NCBI GenBank assembly: GCA_951406725.2 | Contig: OX597830.1 | Coordinates: 73,098,001-73,162,000 of the forward strand | Length of the DNA: 64,000 nt | Direction of reading: 5' to 3' | Source of the DNA: Octopus vulgaris | Taxonomy: Eukaryota | Shown: positions 42,094 to 56,312 of the stretch, in pieces | Numbering within the stretch: position 1 is the first letter of the stretch | How the letters are laid out: every line of letters starts with the position of its first letter | The notes under the pieces: model-generated | The model's database searches: none | Told to the model about the DNA's origin: nothing | Seen by the model: the letters and a program-made list of their open reading frames with translations, nothing else | Position numbers and translations under genes: made by a program

Positions 42094-42494
42094 CGCAGGA
42101 GTGGCTGTGTGGTAAGTAGCTTGCTAACCAACCACATGGTTCCGGGTTCAGTCCCACTGCGTGGCATCTTGGGCAAGTGTCTTCTGCTATAGCCCCGGTC
42201 CGACCAATGCCTTGTGAGTGGATTTGGTAGACGGAGACTGAAAGAAGCCTGTCGTATATATGTATGTGTGTGTGTGTTTGTGTATCTGTGTTTGTCCCCC
42301 TAGCATTGCTTGACAACCGATGCTGGTGTCTTTACGTCCCCGTCACTTAGCGGTTCGGCAAAAGAGACCAATAGAATAAGTACTGGGCTTACAAAGAATA
42401 AGTCCCGGGGTTGATTTGCTCGACTAAAGGCGGTGCTCCAGCATGGCCGCAGTCAAATGACTGAAACAAGTAAAAGAGAGTAAAAGAGAAAGAG
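42091..42494 (+). mobile_element. SINE family B, full length (tRNA head, CORE-like segment, internal microsatellite)
   Basis: A box TGGCTGTGTGG, B box GGTTCAGTCCC, CORE-like GTGGCATCTTGGGCAAGTGTCTT, tail ACTGAAACAAGTAAAAGAG. Confidence 0.9.
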
Positions 42495-42514
42495 ATATAT
42501 GTATATATATATAT

Positions 42515-42632
42515 ACAAATTGACAGAATGAGATAAAAAATCCAAGGGTGTAAAAATTTTCAGAACATTTATACAGAAAAAGGTCTGACATCTGTTTCCG
42601 AAATATCTTATATATCCCTTCATCAGAAATAG
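42515..42632 (-). mobile_element. PLE-like cassette with minimal hammerhead motif
   Basis: Minus strand CTGATGA-AGGGATAT-ATAAG-ATATTTCG-GAAA-CAGATG-TC; helix I is weak. Confidence 0.5.
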
Positions 42633-42691
42633 TGAGAAAAATACGCTTGAGTATTAATTATTGTATAGCAGATATGAAATATATATATATA

Positions 42692-42928
42692 CAGAGTGTG
42701 GTGAATAAATTGTCGTCTAAATTCCGCAAAAATGAAAATAACTCGGTCTTCTTGTTTTGATAGATATATTTACCAAAATTACATAAAAACATCATGAAAT
42801 ACTAAAGAGGAAATGTATTCAATAAAATCGCCATTGGCTTCAAGCACAGCCTCCAGACGACTTCCGAATCTTTAGCAACTAGCTTGTTTAAGTTGGTGAC
42901 TACTGCCATAATCCTTGCCTTCAATTCA
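42692..42928 (-). mobile_element. Tc1/mariner (maT/DD37D-like) 3' terminal fragment
   Basis: TA|CAG end; minus strand encodes ELKARIMA... and RLEAVLEANGDFIE*. Confidence 0.6.
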
Positions 42929-42934
42929 TATATA

Positions 42935-43125
42935 GTTAATCCAAACATGAAAGCACAAAAAAACACAACAACGCGAGGACGTGGAACAAATATAGTATTA
43001 TTGGACGCTGAGGAAAGATGGAAAGAAGGAGGGTTTAAATTTCGAGTGGAGCTCTTCGTCGGAAACATAGGAGAAGGAAAGATCCAGAGAAGGGAAGACA
43101 GAGGAAATCGCCAACGGTACACACG
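42935..43125 (-). mobile_element. PLE-like cassette with CCGACGA-core hammerhead-like motif
   Basis: Minus strand GTTT-CCGACGA-AGAGCTCCACTC-GAAA-TTT-AAAC. A second copy of the downstream part lies at 46522-46620 (+). Confidence 0.55.
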
Positions 43126-43131
43126 CGTATA

Positions 43132-43184
<53 letters not shown>

Positions 43185-43199
43185 ACTTATAGATTAGAT

Positions 43200-43272
<73 letters not shown>

Positions 43273-43887
43273 CAGATATCCATACTTATAAGAGTTTAAA
43301 GATTGTTATACTCAAATGAATCAACTCAAGGATTTTTTAAGGCCCGGTTCTTATTCCATCACTCTATTTTGCCACTCTACCAAATCCACTAACAAGACAA
43401 TGGTCGAACCATTGCTATAGTAAAATACACTTGCCAAATGTGCCCCGCAGTCGGACTAAACCTCGAACCATTTTCTTGTGAGCAAGCTTTCAACCACACA
43501 GCCACGCTTGCACCTATAAATAAAAAGTAGTATTATTACCGTTATTTTTAGTAATAATAAGGTGGCTAACAAGTTCACACCTTTACAGGCACAACATGAG
43601 GTAATTTAAGATTAGGTAGGGTGTATAATACCACTTGTTAAAATCAGAGACATTGGTCCAAAAACCACCATTACTTTTTATATGTATGTATATTTAATAT
43701 GTGTATATATACCTAAATATCAAACAATGAGAATGAGTGCTTAACATCGCATTTGTGGATAAAGATTATTTATTTGTGTATTAATTAATACACAAATAAA
43801 GTGTGTGCGTATGTGTGTGTATATATATATATATACACATATATATATACATACATATATACATACACACACACATATATATATCTA

Positions 43888-43920
<33 letters not shown>

Positions 43921-43960
<40 letters not shown>

Positions 43961-43990
43961 TATTATTATTATTATTATTATTATCATTAC

Positions 43991-44088
<98 letters not shown>

Positions 44089-44105
44089 TTATTATTATTA
44101 TCATT
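43921..44105. repeat. (AAT)n switching directly to (ATT)n
   Basis: About 13 AAT units followed by about 45 TAT units; self-complementary. Confidence 0.95.
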
Positions 44106-44108
44106 ATC

Positions 44109-44483
44109 GGCGATCTGTCAGAAACGTTAGCACGCCGAGCGAAATGCGTAGCCGTATTTCGTCTGCCGTTACGTTCTGAGTTCAAATTCCGCCGAGGTTG
44201 ACTTTGCCTTTCATCCTTTCGGGGTCGATAAATTAAGTACTAGTTACGCACTGGGGTCGATATAATCGACTTAATCCATTTGTCTGTCCTTGTTTGTCCT
44301 CTCTGTGTTTAGCCTCTTGTGGGTAGTAAAGGAAATAGGTATTTCCTCTGTCTTTATGTTCGGAGTTCAAAATACCGTCAAGGTCGACTTTGCCTTTCAT
44401 TCTTTCAGAGTCGATAAATTAAGTACCAGTTTCGTACTGCTGTCGATGTAATCGACTGGCCCCCTTCCCCCTAAAATCGAGCC
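44109..44483 (+). mobile_element. SINE family A, composite (unit-tail1-unit-tail2)
   Basis: Same GGAAATA|GGTATTTC junction (about 44338) as the 14771 copy. Confidence 0.88.
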
Positions 44484-44502
44484 CTGTGCCTATACTACAA
44501 AA

Positions 44503-44546
<44 letters not shown>

Positions 44547-44859
44547 GTGTGTGAGTGTGTGTTTGCATAATATATATATTTACATCTTAACATATTTATA
44601 TACTTAGTACATCAAAGTCATACACATAGTTACTTTAAAGATTTGTTATTAATTATTCTCTTGTCTTTTCCAGATATTGCTTTGTAGATTGATGTATTAA
44701 TTAGCGATCGAGTGCTACTAATTAACACCTAATAATTAACTGCTGTTTTTGCCTTCATGTATCTTTACAGTTATAGATTAATAAGAACTACGAGATGGGG
44801 TAGGTAGGGAATGGGGTATCGGTGAACCGAAATTTAAATTGATAGTTTATGATAACGAT

Positions 44860-45545
44860 ACTGGTGAAGTGGGGTGATGCTGGTTATTGTTGCTGTTGTT
44901 GTTGTGGTGGTGGTGGTTGTGGGTGTGATAGTGATGGTTGTAGTGGTGATGGTGATGATGGTGATGGTGTTAATGATGGTGGTGGTGATGGTAATGATTG
45001 TAGAGCTATTGCTGCTGCTGATGGCATTAATGGTGGTGGTGGTGGTGATGGTCACGATTTTGGTGCTAGGGATTAGGTTGATTGGGTGGTGATATAAATA
45101 TGTTGGCGGCGGCGACGGTGGTGGTAGTGGTGGTGGTGTCTTTAGGCAGTGTTAATGGTAGTTATTACAGTGATGGTACGAGTGATAGTAATTGTAAATG
45201 TGGTGGTGGTGGTGAAGATGTTGTGTTCTTGTTGTTGAGGTAGTAGTTGTGTTAGTGGTCGTGGTTGCGGAGGAGGTGGTGATGGTGGCGATGATATTGT
45301 TGATACTGTTGTTGTTATTGGTGGTGGTGGTGGTGGTGGTGGTAGCTCTGTTGGTGGTCGTGGTTGAAGAGATGGTGGTGATGATGGCAATGATATTGTT
45401 GTTGATGTTGTTACTGATAGTGATGGTGGTTGAGGAGTCAGTGGTGATGGTGGCGATGTTGTTGTTGTTGGTGATAGTTGTGTTGGTGCTAGTGGACGCG
45501 GCGGCGGTGATGGTGGTGGTGGTGGTGGTGGTTGTGGCGGAAATG
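44860..45545. repeat. Degenerate (GGT/GAT/GTT)n trinucleotide tract
   Basis: Direct observation. Similar tracts lie at 12290-12550 and 39345-39555 on the other strand. Confidence 0.85.
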
Positions 45546-47980
45546 GTGTATATCAGTGTTTTGATATCTTTAATGAAGGGGCAAGTTAATTGGAATCCGT
45601 GAAAGAGTAATGCTTGTTTTGTTTTCTTAAAAACCCTTAGTTCAGGCTGATTGGTTGGTGTTACAAGCCAGAAGATTTTTAAAGATCAAAGGAGAAAACG
45701 AAAGCGACCAAAAAAAAAAAAAAGGAATCAAAGAAAACAAATATAAAACAGGAAACAGAACAGAAAATGGTGAAATGGTAAGATAAGATTTGAGCCGTGT
45801 AGACATTGCTAATAGTTTTATAATTATTTCTTATATTTGCAAAAGGTTGGTTCTTGTTTTTGGCGTTGACTTTCCTGCGGTTCCTGTTACTGCTGTTATC
45901 GTTGTTGTTGCTTCTGCTGATTATTCTCGGTTCAGTATTGGTCAAGTTGGCGAGCTGGAAAAGTCTTAAAGCGTCGAATTGATTAATACCCTGCTGTCGT
46001 TTTTCCGCCTGTCTGCGCTCTGAGTGTAAGCCCAGCCGAAGCAATCTTAGCTTTTAATCCTTTCAGAGTCAATAAATAAAGTGGCATCAAATTTTGAAAC
46101 AGGGCTAGTAATCTTGAGGGGGAGTGGTTTAGTTGATTTCATCGTCCCCAGTACCCGACAGGAACTTTATTTTATCGACCCCCGCAGTGATGTAAGGCAT
46201 AGTTGACTTCGGCAGGATTTGACCTCAGGATTGATGAATAAGATACCAATTAGGAATGATGGCGTAGTTGCGTGAATTTCCCTCCTTCACACTCCTTCTC
46301 TCTTCCTTTCTCTTCCTCTCCTCTATTTCTCTCCCCCCTCTTTCTCCTCTTTCTCTCGACGGAAGCTTATATCCAGGTCTGCAGCATCTTTGAAATTCTT
46401 TTCTTTATTGGGAAGAGTGAAGGAATTTATTCTATAGAGAATTTATTCTCTCAGATTAGTGGAACTTGATTATCAATTAACACAGTACGTAGCTTTAGTA
46501 TAAATACATTATCCACATACACTCCTTCTTCCCTTCTTTCCTGAGCGTCCAATAATACTTTATTTGTTCCACGTCCTTGCGTTGTTGTCTTTTTGTTTTC
46601 TTGTTTGGATTAACTTTATATACCTACACATATATGCACATATACAGGTATATATCTATATACATATATACATATATACATATATGTGTGTGTACGTGTG
46701 TGTGTACGTGTGTGGATGTATGCATGTGCAAATATAAATACACACGCATACATTTATGCTTATATACCTGCATATATACGTATGTTTAGATAACTAGTTG
46801 GCTGTGTAATGACTGATAAAATCCTTAGCTTTTCAGTTAATCCGGGTACATTCTAGTGACTTTTCAGACAAACGAAAAGAGAGGGAGTTATCTTGAAGAC
46901 AAAAATGATAAGAATTGATGGTTTCGTTATTCAGAGGATGATATAGATTCCGAATTTTGTTTCATTAGAATTATATCTGTATAGATGAACGTTTGTGACA
47001 CTAGGTGTTGTCACTTTAGTGGGATGACTTTAGTCCAGTGGCTAAAATATTATAAAAGGGGGTGTATATTTCTACTTGATTAATAAAATTCTTCTGAACG
47101 ACATCATTGTCAAGATTTATGAAAACAGATATGTTTGGATAATTGAACAATATTGAAGAGGAAGAAATCCTTTATTGAAAATAAGAGAAAAGAATGATCA
47201 CGTCGCTACATATGTAAATACATATATAACTGTAGCAAAGAGACTTGTGTTGGAAGCAGTTGGGCTCGAGATCATTCCAACTGCGCGGCACCTTCTTCTA
47301 TACATCTGAACCGTCCAATGTTTGACGATAATCCTGTGGAAGCCAATCGTGCAAACGCGCGCGCATAATACATATATACATGTACTGACACCAAACACTG
47401 CACATATACACACAAACATGCAACAATATCATGTTGATGCTGTTGAAATTCCAATGAAGGATCCTTGAAGCTAGGCTAGAAATTGATTCTTTCACTATTA
47501 GCAAACTATTATTATTATTTACAGAATTGTTACTCGTCACAGCTTCTACATTTAACACACACACACACGCACACACACACACACACACACAAATACACAC
47601 ACACATACATAGATGGAGGAGCAATGAGGAGTGACAATTGTGTAAATAATAATAGTAATAATGAGCTTAAAGCTTATAAGCGATTACTGCGTATTAGCTA
47701 AAGAAAATAGTTTTATATTGGGGCAATAAACCCGTGACAGTAAAAATGTGTTTTTTTTTGTACGTACGAGTAAGTTTGTATAATCGGTTAGCACACTTAT
47801 CGCGAATACAAGAGGTACGGGTTCGATTCACATGCGTACTCGTTTTTGGCATCGAATTGGAAGTGGGGAGGAAAAATGGATCTATTTTCGTATTCCTGAT
47901 AAGAGGAATCGGTGGCTTCGTTCCGGCTATGCCTCATAATCTGTTGCCAAGCTAAGGCGGATTGAAAAGAATATTATATT

Positions 47981-48613
47981 TTGTGTTTGGTGGAATTTCG
48001 AGAGTGTTTTGTGTGTGAGGAAATTTCGTACTTTGCCAGAGGTAAAATATTTGGGACGATAGAAGTGCAGTTCGAAAAGGTAGCTACTGCCAGGCTGAAA
48101 ATGAATGAGGTAGGTCTTCTACCCATATACCTTGGGAGGCGTGCTTCCAGGATTAAGGTGGATGAAATACCTCCAGAGGTGGATGTAGCCTGGCTGGTGG
48201 CTGCTATATTACTTGGAATGGAGGAGAAGGTGGTGGTTCTACAGGCAACCAGAATATCTCACAGGAACTGGAAGGGACAAACCCATAACATGGTGGTGCA
48301 AATCGCGAAGGAGAACATCTACAAAATGGTCGAAATTATCACAGTGGGAGAGTCGACTTTAAAGGTCAGAGTGGAAGGGATGATCTCACGATGTTATAAA
48401 TGTGGCCTGAAAGACCACATGAGAGCGAAGTATCCTCCACCACTAGAAAAGGACAAGGAAAAACAGCAGGAAAAAGTGGTTGGTGCTACACTGCTCGTGG
48501 AGGAAAAAGTAAGCGAGGTAGAACCACAGAAGAAGACAGACACCAGCGTCGAGGAGGAGGAAGAATCGAATACCAGCTGGAAAATGGTGGAGGGAAAAGA
48601 GCAGGAAGAGTAG
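47981..48613 (+). pseudogene. LINE ORF1/gag-like remnant with zinc knuckle
   Basis: 210-codon non-repetitive ORF with RCYKCGLKDHMRAKYP (CX2CX4HX4C with the last C changed to Y) followed by an E/K-rich tail. No RT is seen downstream. Confidence 0.6.
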
Positions 48614-50036
48614 GAAAAAGACACTCATGGTAAAAGATGACTTTTAACCCACCCACCCCACACGGCCCTTACCCACATCCACTTTACCCCAACCGCTCCC
48701 AACAAACACCAACCCTCCCCAGTCTAACAAAAAGGAAATTGCAACACACAGGAGCTCCAAATTTCTCCATCCTTGACCGGTAATGAAAAATATGTAATAC
48801 TATATGACGGAGGAAATGAAAATCTTGATAACGTGATAAACTCGTGGAATGGAATTGTTAAGGTGGATTTAACGAGAATGAAGGGTTTGCCCAGGCATTT
48901 GCGCTGTGTTTTGGCAGACCCGGGGTGCCTTGCAAAATTTACGGATTATGAGGAAGACTGCAATAATGAGTGGTGGATCAAGAGGATAGATACCAGAACA
49001 ATGGCAGAACTGGTAAGCCCTATTGATATTTAAAAAAATACTTAATATAAACATTTTGTCAAAAAAAAAACTAGCAATACAAAGGCAAGATTAATGGTAT
49101 TTTAAATTAATATTTTTGTTTTTAAAAACATGGGTTGTGTAAATTAGTTATTGCAAAAGTTTATGTAAATGGTGTTGCTATAGGATCAATGAAGTCGCTC
49201 GGAGATGGGGCCGAAGGGCTTCATTTCAGTTTTCATTGTAAAAAAAATAATCAAAAGACAGTTGCCCTAGGTGCTGCGCAATGAGACTGGACGCGAAACA
49301 ATTTTGATGGAAGGCAAGCTTCTTACTACACAGCCATACATATATACATACATACATATGCACACATATACACACACATACACACATAGATACTTACATA
49401 ACATTTAAGTATATATGAGCGTGTCTAGGTATGCATGAGAATACATAAAACAACACACAAAGCCGCACGTATACATACATACATACATACATACATACAT
49501 ACATACATACATACATACATACATACATACATACATACATACATAATACATACATACATACATACACACATATATACATACAAAAATATCTTGTTGATAT
49601 AGAAATTCCAATGAAGGAGGTTGGATCTCGGTTAGAAACTGGCTCTTTCTCTATTGGCAAGAAATCTTGAAATAAAACTGAATAATGGCATACATACTTA
49701 CTTAAATAAGCATATATATATTTGAATGTGTGTGAGTCTGTATATGTATTTGGTCTTAAATTATATATTGGTAACAGGGGAAATACTTACCAAATGAAGT
49801 GTGCCTGTTACACGTATGTTTTATCCATTACCCTTCTGAACACTAATGAACTAGAACCGAAAAACAAATATGAACACAACTTATTAAATCATAATGTTTA
49901 ATACAGCGAGAGGCAGGACACACGCTCCTTTCATAAATATACGCTTACATTAAAGTCAGCGGGATCAGTTCACATAAGGTGAGAGTACCACGCTCGTTTA
50001 AACATATACGGATATTGTGTGTTTGTGTGTATGTAT

Positions 50037-50094
<58 letters not shown>

Positions 50095-50382
50095 GCGTCC
50101 TCTCCTGCACTTGAGTCTGATTCTTTCACTCTTACTGTGAGTGTATGTGCGTGTATCGGTTATTTACTCATTGCCTGCCACTAAGTTACTTATATGCACT
50201 CACACTTTACCGTATGCATTAACTCTCTCACCCTGTATCTATTGTTACACTCCCGTCCTTATCTTTATGCAGTGTAAAGCGTCACTGGAGAAATCCATCA
50301 ATCAGCCAACCAACAAACTAGCATTTATATGATCTATAATTATTTAGACATATTCAATAAATACTAGATTTGGTTAATAATC

Positions 50383-50782
50383 CTTTCGACTATAGGCACA
50401 AGGCCTGGAATTTGTGGGGAGGTGGAAAACCGAATACATCAACCGCAGTACTTGACTGGTTGTCAATTTATCTATCCCGAAAGGATGAAAGCAAAGTCGA
50501 CCTCGGCGGAATTAGAACACAGATCACAGCGACGGACGAAATACTGCTAAGTATATCGTCCAGCGTGCTAACATTTCTTATTTCTTTATTGGCCACAAGG
50601 AGCTATACATAGAGGGGGCAAACAAGGACAGACAAAGTGTGTAACTGGTACTTTATTTATCGACCCCGAAAGGATGAAAGGCAAAGTCGACTTCGGCGGA
50701 ATTTGAACTCAGAACGTAACGGCAGACGAAATACCGCTAAACATTTCGCACGGCGTGCTAACGATTCTGTCATCTCACTGCC
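50383..50782 (-). mobile_element. SINE family A, composite dimer
   Basis: Two GGATGAAAG(G)CAAAGTCGAC units, with tail1 between them and tail2 at the end. Confidence 0.85.
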
Positions 50783-51480
50783 TTCTAGATTTGATTCCTA
50801 ATAATTATAACCAACATTAACGGGCTTCTTTCCGAAAATGCTTTCTCCCATTCTTTGGTGATGGTTACTTGCTTGTGGAGTATATTGAATATATGCATTG
50901 TAACTGTTTGAAATTCCGTCTGATAGATTATACCAGTTATTCCTATAGGCAACTAGCCTTCATATGCATGGACCATGTGATGAAGATTTTACCTAAGGAT
51001 TTGCGGGTCAGTGGAATACTCAACCACTTGGTAATAAACATTACACACAACCGTATTCGGGGGTCTGTGGAATTCTCAGCTACTTGACAATGAACATCAT
51101 ACGCATCAGTGAAGGCATAAACTGAGTAGACCTACAAAATGTATTATACTTACAATTGTAAACGGGTGTAGCTGAGTGGTTAGGGTATTGCCCTCACGAT
51201 CGTAACATCATCTTTGCGATTCCCAATGCATTGTGTTCTTGAGACCAGCACTACATCTTACGTTGCTGGTGTCCACTCAACAGTAAATTGGTAACAATGT
51301 GACGGACTGGCGTTTCATTCAGGAGAAATATTGGATTGCTTGCTTAATAAGCAGGGTAACATCATTCGGATGTTATAAAAATGCGACAAAAGTGCATTGT
51401 AAGGAATGGTGTATAAAAGAAAAAATCGCTAGTCCGGTCGATATTCACAAATACATTATCTAATATTTGTAATACTCATA

Positions 51481-51690
51481 AGGTAGCGAGCTGACAGATT
51501 CGATACTGCACCGGGCAAAACACAACATGCTTAGCGGAATTCCGTCTGTCTTTACATTCTGAGTTCAAATTCCGCCGAGATCGACTTCTTTCAGGGTTGA
51601 CAAAAATAAGTAACAACTGAGCACTGGGACCTATGTATTTGACTTTACCTCCCCACCAAAATTACTGATTTGTGCCAAAAATTTGGAATC
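51481..51690 (+). mobile_element. SINE family A, decayed
   Basis: AGGTAGCGAGCTGACAGA...TTCTGAGTTCAAATTCCGCCGAG. Confidence 0.75.
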
Positions 51691-52137
51691 CATATCTGTA
51701 ATGCTCATACAGCATTTTTTTGAGAGGAAGAATGCTGTTATTTCTAGCAAATTGTGCGGTCATATAGAGGTCGACTTCATCTGCTAGATCGCACAGTATT
51801 TCTATAAGATGACGATAATGATGAGAAGGACAACGATGTAAATGACGACTTCCAGATACATCTATAATGGCTAAAGAAACTAATAAAGCATAACATAAGA
51901 ACGATTTATATATATATATATATAGGATATAATGAGTAAAACACGTGTGTATATGATGTATATAATAACATTGATACAGTGGTTACTGTATAAACATACA
52001 CATACACATGTACACTCACATATAAGTATGTATGAATATATGAATGCGTATGCTGTATAAGTTTATTTAAATGTCGATTATATTTGTATGGCGATACAAT
52101 TTAATGTGTGTGTGTGTGTGTGAGAGAGAGAGAAAGG

Positions 52138-52173
<36 letters not shown>

Positions 52174-52289
52174 ACATGGGATATACAAAAATTCATTCAT
52201 ATATATACGTATACGGACATCCGACATATTTATGGCTTCCAATGAACTGTGACAACACAGCAGGATAGAAAGATCATGTGCACGCGTGC

Positions 52290-52346
<57 letters not shown>

Positions 52347-52533
52347 ATTAATACATATAATATGCCGAAAGCAGTCTTGTCATCTACTTTGTAATCAAAA
52401 CCATACTTAAAATATTATTATTACTGTGTACACTTGTTCTTCTTGTTGTCGATGCGTGTGTCTTGCTGTTCTGATTGTTAGCGATACATCTGCAGAAAAA
52501 TATACAAAGGAAATTAAGCAAATAGTCATGGAA

Positions 52534-52597
<64 letters not shown>

Positions 52598-52603
52598 TAA
52601 TCA

Positions 52604-52789
52604 TTTCTACTGGATGCACAAGGCCTGAAATTTTTGGGGAAAGGAATTAAGTCGATTTCTTGGACCACAGTGTTTAACTGCTGTTTATTTAATCGACCCC
52701 AAAAGGATGAAAGTCGACCTCGGCGGAATTTGAACTCAGAACGTAAAGACAGGCGAAATACTTCTAAGGAATTCGTCTGGCGTCTTAGC
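52604..52789 (-). mobile_element. SINE family A fragment
   Basis: GTCGACCTCGGCGGAATTTGAACTCAGAACGTAAAGAC. Confidence 0.75.
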
Positions 52790-52811
52790 AATAATAATAA
52801 TAATAATAATA

Positions 52812-53133
52812 GTCGATAGATAAGACAGGTTAGCTTGGGAGTCGATAGATACGACAGTTTAGCTTGGGAGGTAAAGCAGTTGTGGTGGATGAAAAAGGTG
52901 GTAGTGGTACCAATAATTGTAGGAGCTCTGGAAACAGTGAGTAAAAATCTTGAGAAGCAAATGAAACAGATAGGGGCTGCAATAAGGGTGGAGCAATTGC
53001 AGAAAACGGCACTGATTGGAACCGTTCGAATACACCGGAAGGTGCTCGAAAAATTAGAGGTATTACCTTAGTTCACTGGTAGTGAACAGCTGACACCGTA
53101 GTACATCTCCAGCGTTAGAAGCTGTGCAAAGGC
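52812..53133 (+). mobile_element. Dong/R4-like LINE 3' fragment inserted in (TAA)n
   Basis: RYDSLAWEVKQLW..KKVVVVPIIVGALETV...LQKTALIGTVRIHRKVL, with (TAA)n on both flanks. Confidence 0.82.
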
Positions 53134-53150
53134 AATAATAATTGTAATAA

Positions 53151-53210
<60 letters not shown>

Positions 53211-53904
53211 TAATAATAATAATAATAACACTAACAATAACGATGATAATTCTGGGTTCATTGCAATCGACTTCCTGTCGATTACATAACTTGCTGCCTT
53301 AGTGCCAAGAATAACAGACAATTTTATCATTATATCCACTAAAAGCTCGTAAGCTGCTGAATTAGAACACTGACTGATCAAATGATTTCAGGCTGTTGCA
53401 AATGTTTATTCCTGTATCAAGCTATAATCAAGGAGAACTATCACAAAAATCAGTGCAGCTTTGAACATCAGGTCTTTTTCCTATCTGCAATGATCCTAGG
53501 ACGACATTGTCGGCCGTCCCTTTCGATTCTAAAAGTGACAGTTCACAAAAATTTCCTAGCTATTTCTAGCAGCTTGAAGAACCAAGCAATATTTCATCCT
53601 TGATTCGCATTATGCATTGCTCTAAGTAATATAAATCTGAGGTGGACCTTGTCTTTCATAAACCGGGGATCGATAATATAAAATACCAGTGATGTACCCG
53701 GGTTAATTTATTCTAAAACTTGAAGCTTTGTGCCTAAATTTTTCAAACGAAGGCAATTACGGAAAAGACGGATGTTTTAGACGTACAAATGACGTTATTA
53801 ATATTCGAACACTAAACATGGTCAAAAACAACCTAACTGGGCAAACTATTAGCTTAGCAAAATTTTTATTAAAAAAGGGGTGGGGGAGAAGCTTTGCCAG
53901 AATC

Positions 53905-54185
53905 CTTCCCCGATGACGAATGTGCTGCAACCTACTTGCAGCCGTCAAAAAAGAACGGCTGCAGGGGTTGCATCTGAAGAAAAACTGAGTAGAACCGAAG
54001 GAAGGCACACCACATGTACCACCGCACTTGCCAACGTGACACCTCATAGAATGCAGGTGCCCGCTCTCCCTACTATATTTACTACATCTGTAGACCGGCT
54101 TCACGCCGTGCCTACAGTCCAAATGTTTTCACCAACGGCGGGGAGAAGAAAAGCGCAGAGGACATAGCGGACAGGCTATGGAGCA
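53905..54185 (-). mobile_element. R2-like retrotransposon N-terminal zinc-finger fragment
   Basis: ACPLCPLRFSS, frameshift, HLDCRH; YRCSKYSRESGHLHSMRCHVGKC; FRCNPCSRSFLTAASRLQHIRHR. Confidence 0.55.
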
Positions 54186-54568
54186 GGAAGTTATCTTTTC
54201 GTTTAGAATTTTGACTTCGAGTCAAATGAATTTGAGTACATTTACGAGAAATAGTGTACACTTTGGGAATTGTTTCCTTTGACGAGTGACTCATTTAGTA
54301 AAAATGAACTTGAAGGCAACTGACCTAGTACTTTTGTTTTTGGTACCTTTGTTTTTGACGCTGAAAACATGAAGAGAAAAAAATATGAACTCAGGATATA
54401 AAGAACCAAAAACTCTTTCTGGATTCAAATTACCCTTCTATTCAAGAACTTTACTATATCTGAAAAATCAATAATAATTCTGCCAGTACATCAGAACACT
54501 TTTTCATTTTGTCTTGCAGGTTTAGGATCGGTGTATACGCGTGAACACACAGATAGGTAGATACACAG

Positions 54569-54599
<31 letters not shown>

Positions 54600-54622
54600 C
54601 ATACATACATACATATATACAT

Positions 54623-54670
<48 letters not shown>

Positions 54671-54699
54671 TATATAATAATATAATAATATATATATAT

Positions 54700-54749
<50 letters not shown>

Positions 54750-54750
<1 letters not shown>

Positions 54751-55250
54751 TATTGAAAATACAACATGGACAGAACGTATATAGAAGACGACACATAACA
54801 CGGGGACATAACCTAGTCTTCATCAGAACCGATCATGTAGTATTTGTGATAATCTTGAGATTACTAGATACGCCACCTCAAGAACAAGACATTAGAAAAA
54901 CTGCTGGAGCTAGATTTCTGGAAGGATCGAATGATAGAACACGGACAAGGACAGATATAAAACAAAAACAATATGAATACGAAACATGAAATAGAAGATA
55001 TATATATATATATATACCTGTAGTGCATATATATATATATAAAAAGAGAAGAGAGAGACAAACAGAGAGTCGACCAATTAAGAATTGTCACAATGTTAAG
55101 GGGAGGGGCCTGGAATATATTTAAGTGAAAATACAACATGGCATAACCTTAGAAGACGACACAATAAACACGAAGGACATTGAAACCCCGTTTGTCAAGA
55201 ACCGGATATCGTAGTATCGCTGATTTCTGAGATTATAGACATTATATATA
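54750..55250. repeat. Two related cassettes in (TA)n
   Basis: GAAAATACAACATGG...TAGAAGACGACACA...ACACG..GGACAT occurs at about 54756 and about 55127. A related reverse-complement motif lies at about 8688-8724. Confidence 0.6.
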
Positions 55251-55252
55251 AC

Positions 55253-55321
<69 letters not shown>

Positions 55322-55334
55322 GAAAAAAAGGATG

Positions 55335-55367
<33 letters not shown>

Positions 55368-55430
55368 AATAGATAGATAGATAGATAGACAGAAAGACAG
55401 ACAGGTAGACTGATTGACTGACAGATAGGC

Positions 55431-55505
<75 letters not shown>

Positions 55506-56015
55506 AAAATAAATAGATAGATGGATGTATAGATAGATAGAAAAATTTAGCATTAACAAGCCGGTACAGCACCATGTTCATCAAGGTAACATTGACAGTG
55601 TTCACTAAATTTTTTAGAGTTATCTGCTATGTTTATAACGTTTCGGTTAATTATTTTCGTGATATCGGACTCAAAGCCATATATCATATGTACCATTTAT
55701 AAAAGTCGTTCTAGTTTGTTACGGCTACATAGATTTATCTACCGGTAGACAACATATATAAAGCAATTTCAAAATATCATACAGTTTTCTTTATTCACGG
55801 TAGTATATTCAAAAATCTGTCAATCACTCAATGTGTGACTGTGTGAGTGTGTGTAAGTGTGAGTGTTTTGTGAGAAAGAGAGGGGGATGGCGTTTGTTTG
55901 TGAGAGAGGGAGATTGTGTGTGCGTATTGAAGTTACAAATAAAGAGAATTTGACATTAACATGAAAGATTACCAATAATTTGTTCAAGAGTGCGTATCTA
56001 TAAACTTTTACATAG

Positions 56016-56175
56016 AAAAGATTGATAGTGACTTCGAAGTTTCAGCTTGCACACCTTCATCAAACTCTTTAGTGAAGACGGGGAAAAGCGAAACTCCGAA
56101 GTCACTGCCAACCTTTTCAGTATCAAACTCTCTCTCCTTCTCCCATTCTCTCACTCTGACACTGTGTATTCATAT
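56016..56175. mobile_element. Head-to-head pair of hammerhead-like PLE ends
   Basis: Minus strand TTGATGA-AGGTGTGCAAGCT-GAAA-CTTCGAAG-TC; plus strand GTGAAGA-CGGGGAAAAGC-GAAA-CTCCGAAG-TC; ~29-bp imperfect inverted arms. Confidence 0.5.
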
Positions 56176-56177
56176 AC

Positions 56178-56221
<44 letters not shown>

Positions 56222-56225
56222 ATAT

Positions 56226-56310
<85 letters not shown>

Positions 56311-56312
56311 TT

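Noticed and set aside
44650-44720. Polypyrimidine tract plus CAG resembling a splice acceptor
   Set aside because: The downstream sequence is quickly closed by stops and no partner exon is identifiable.
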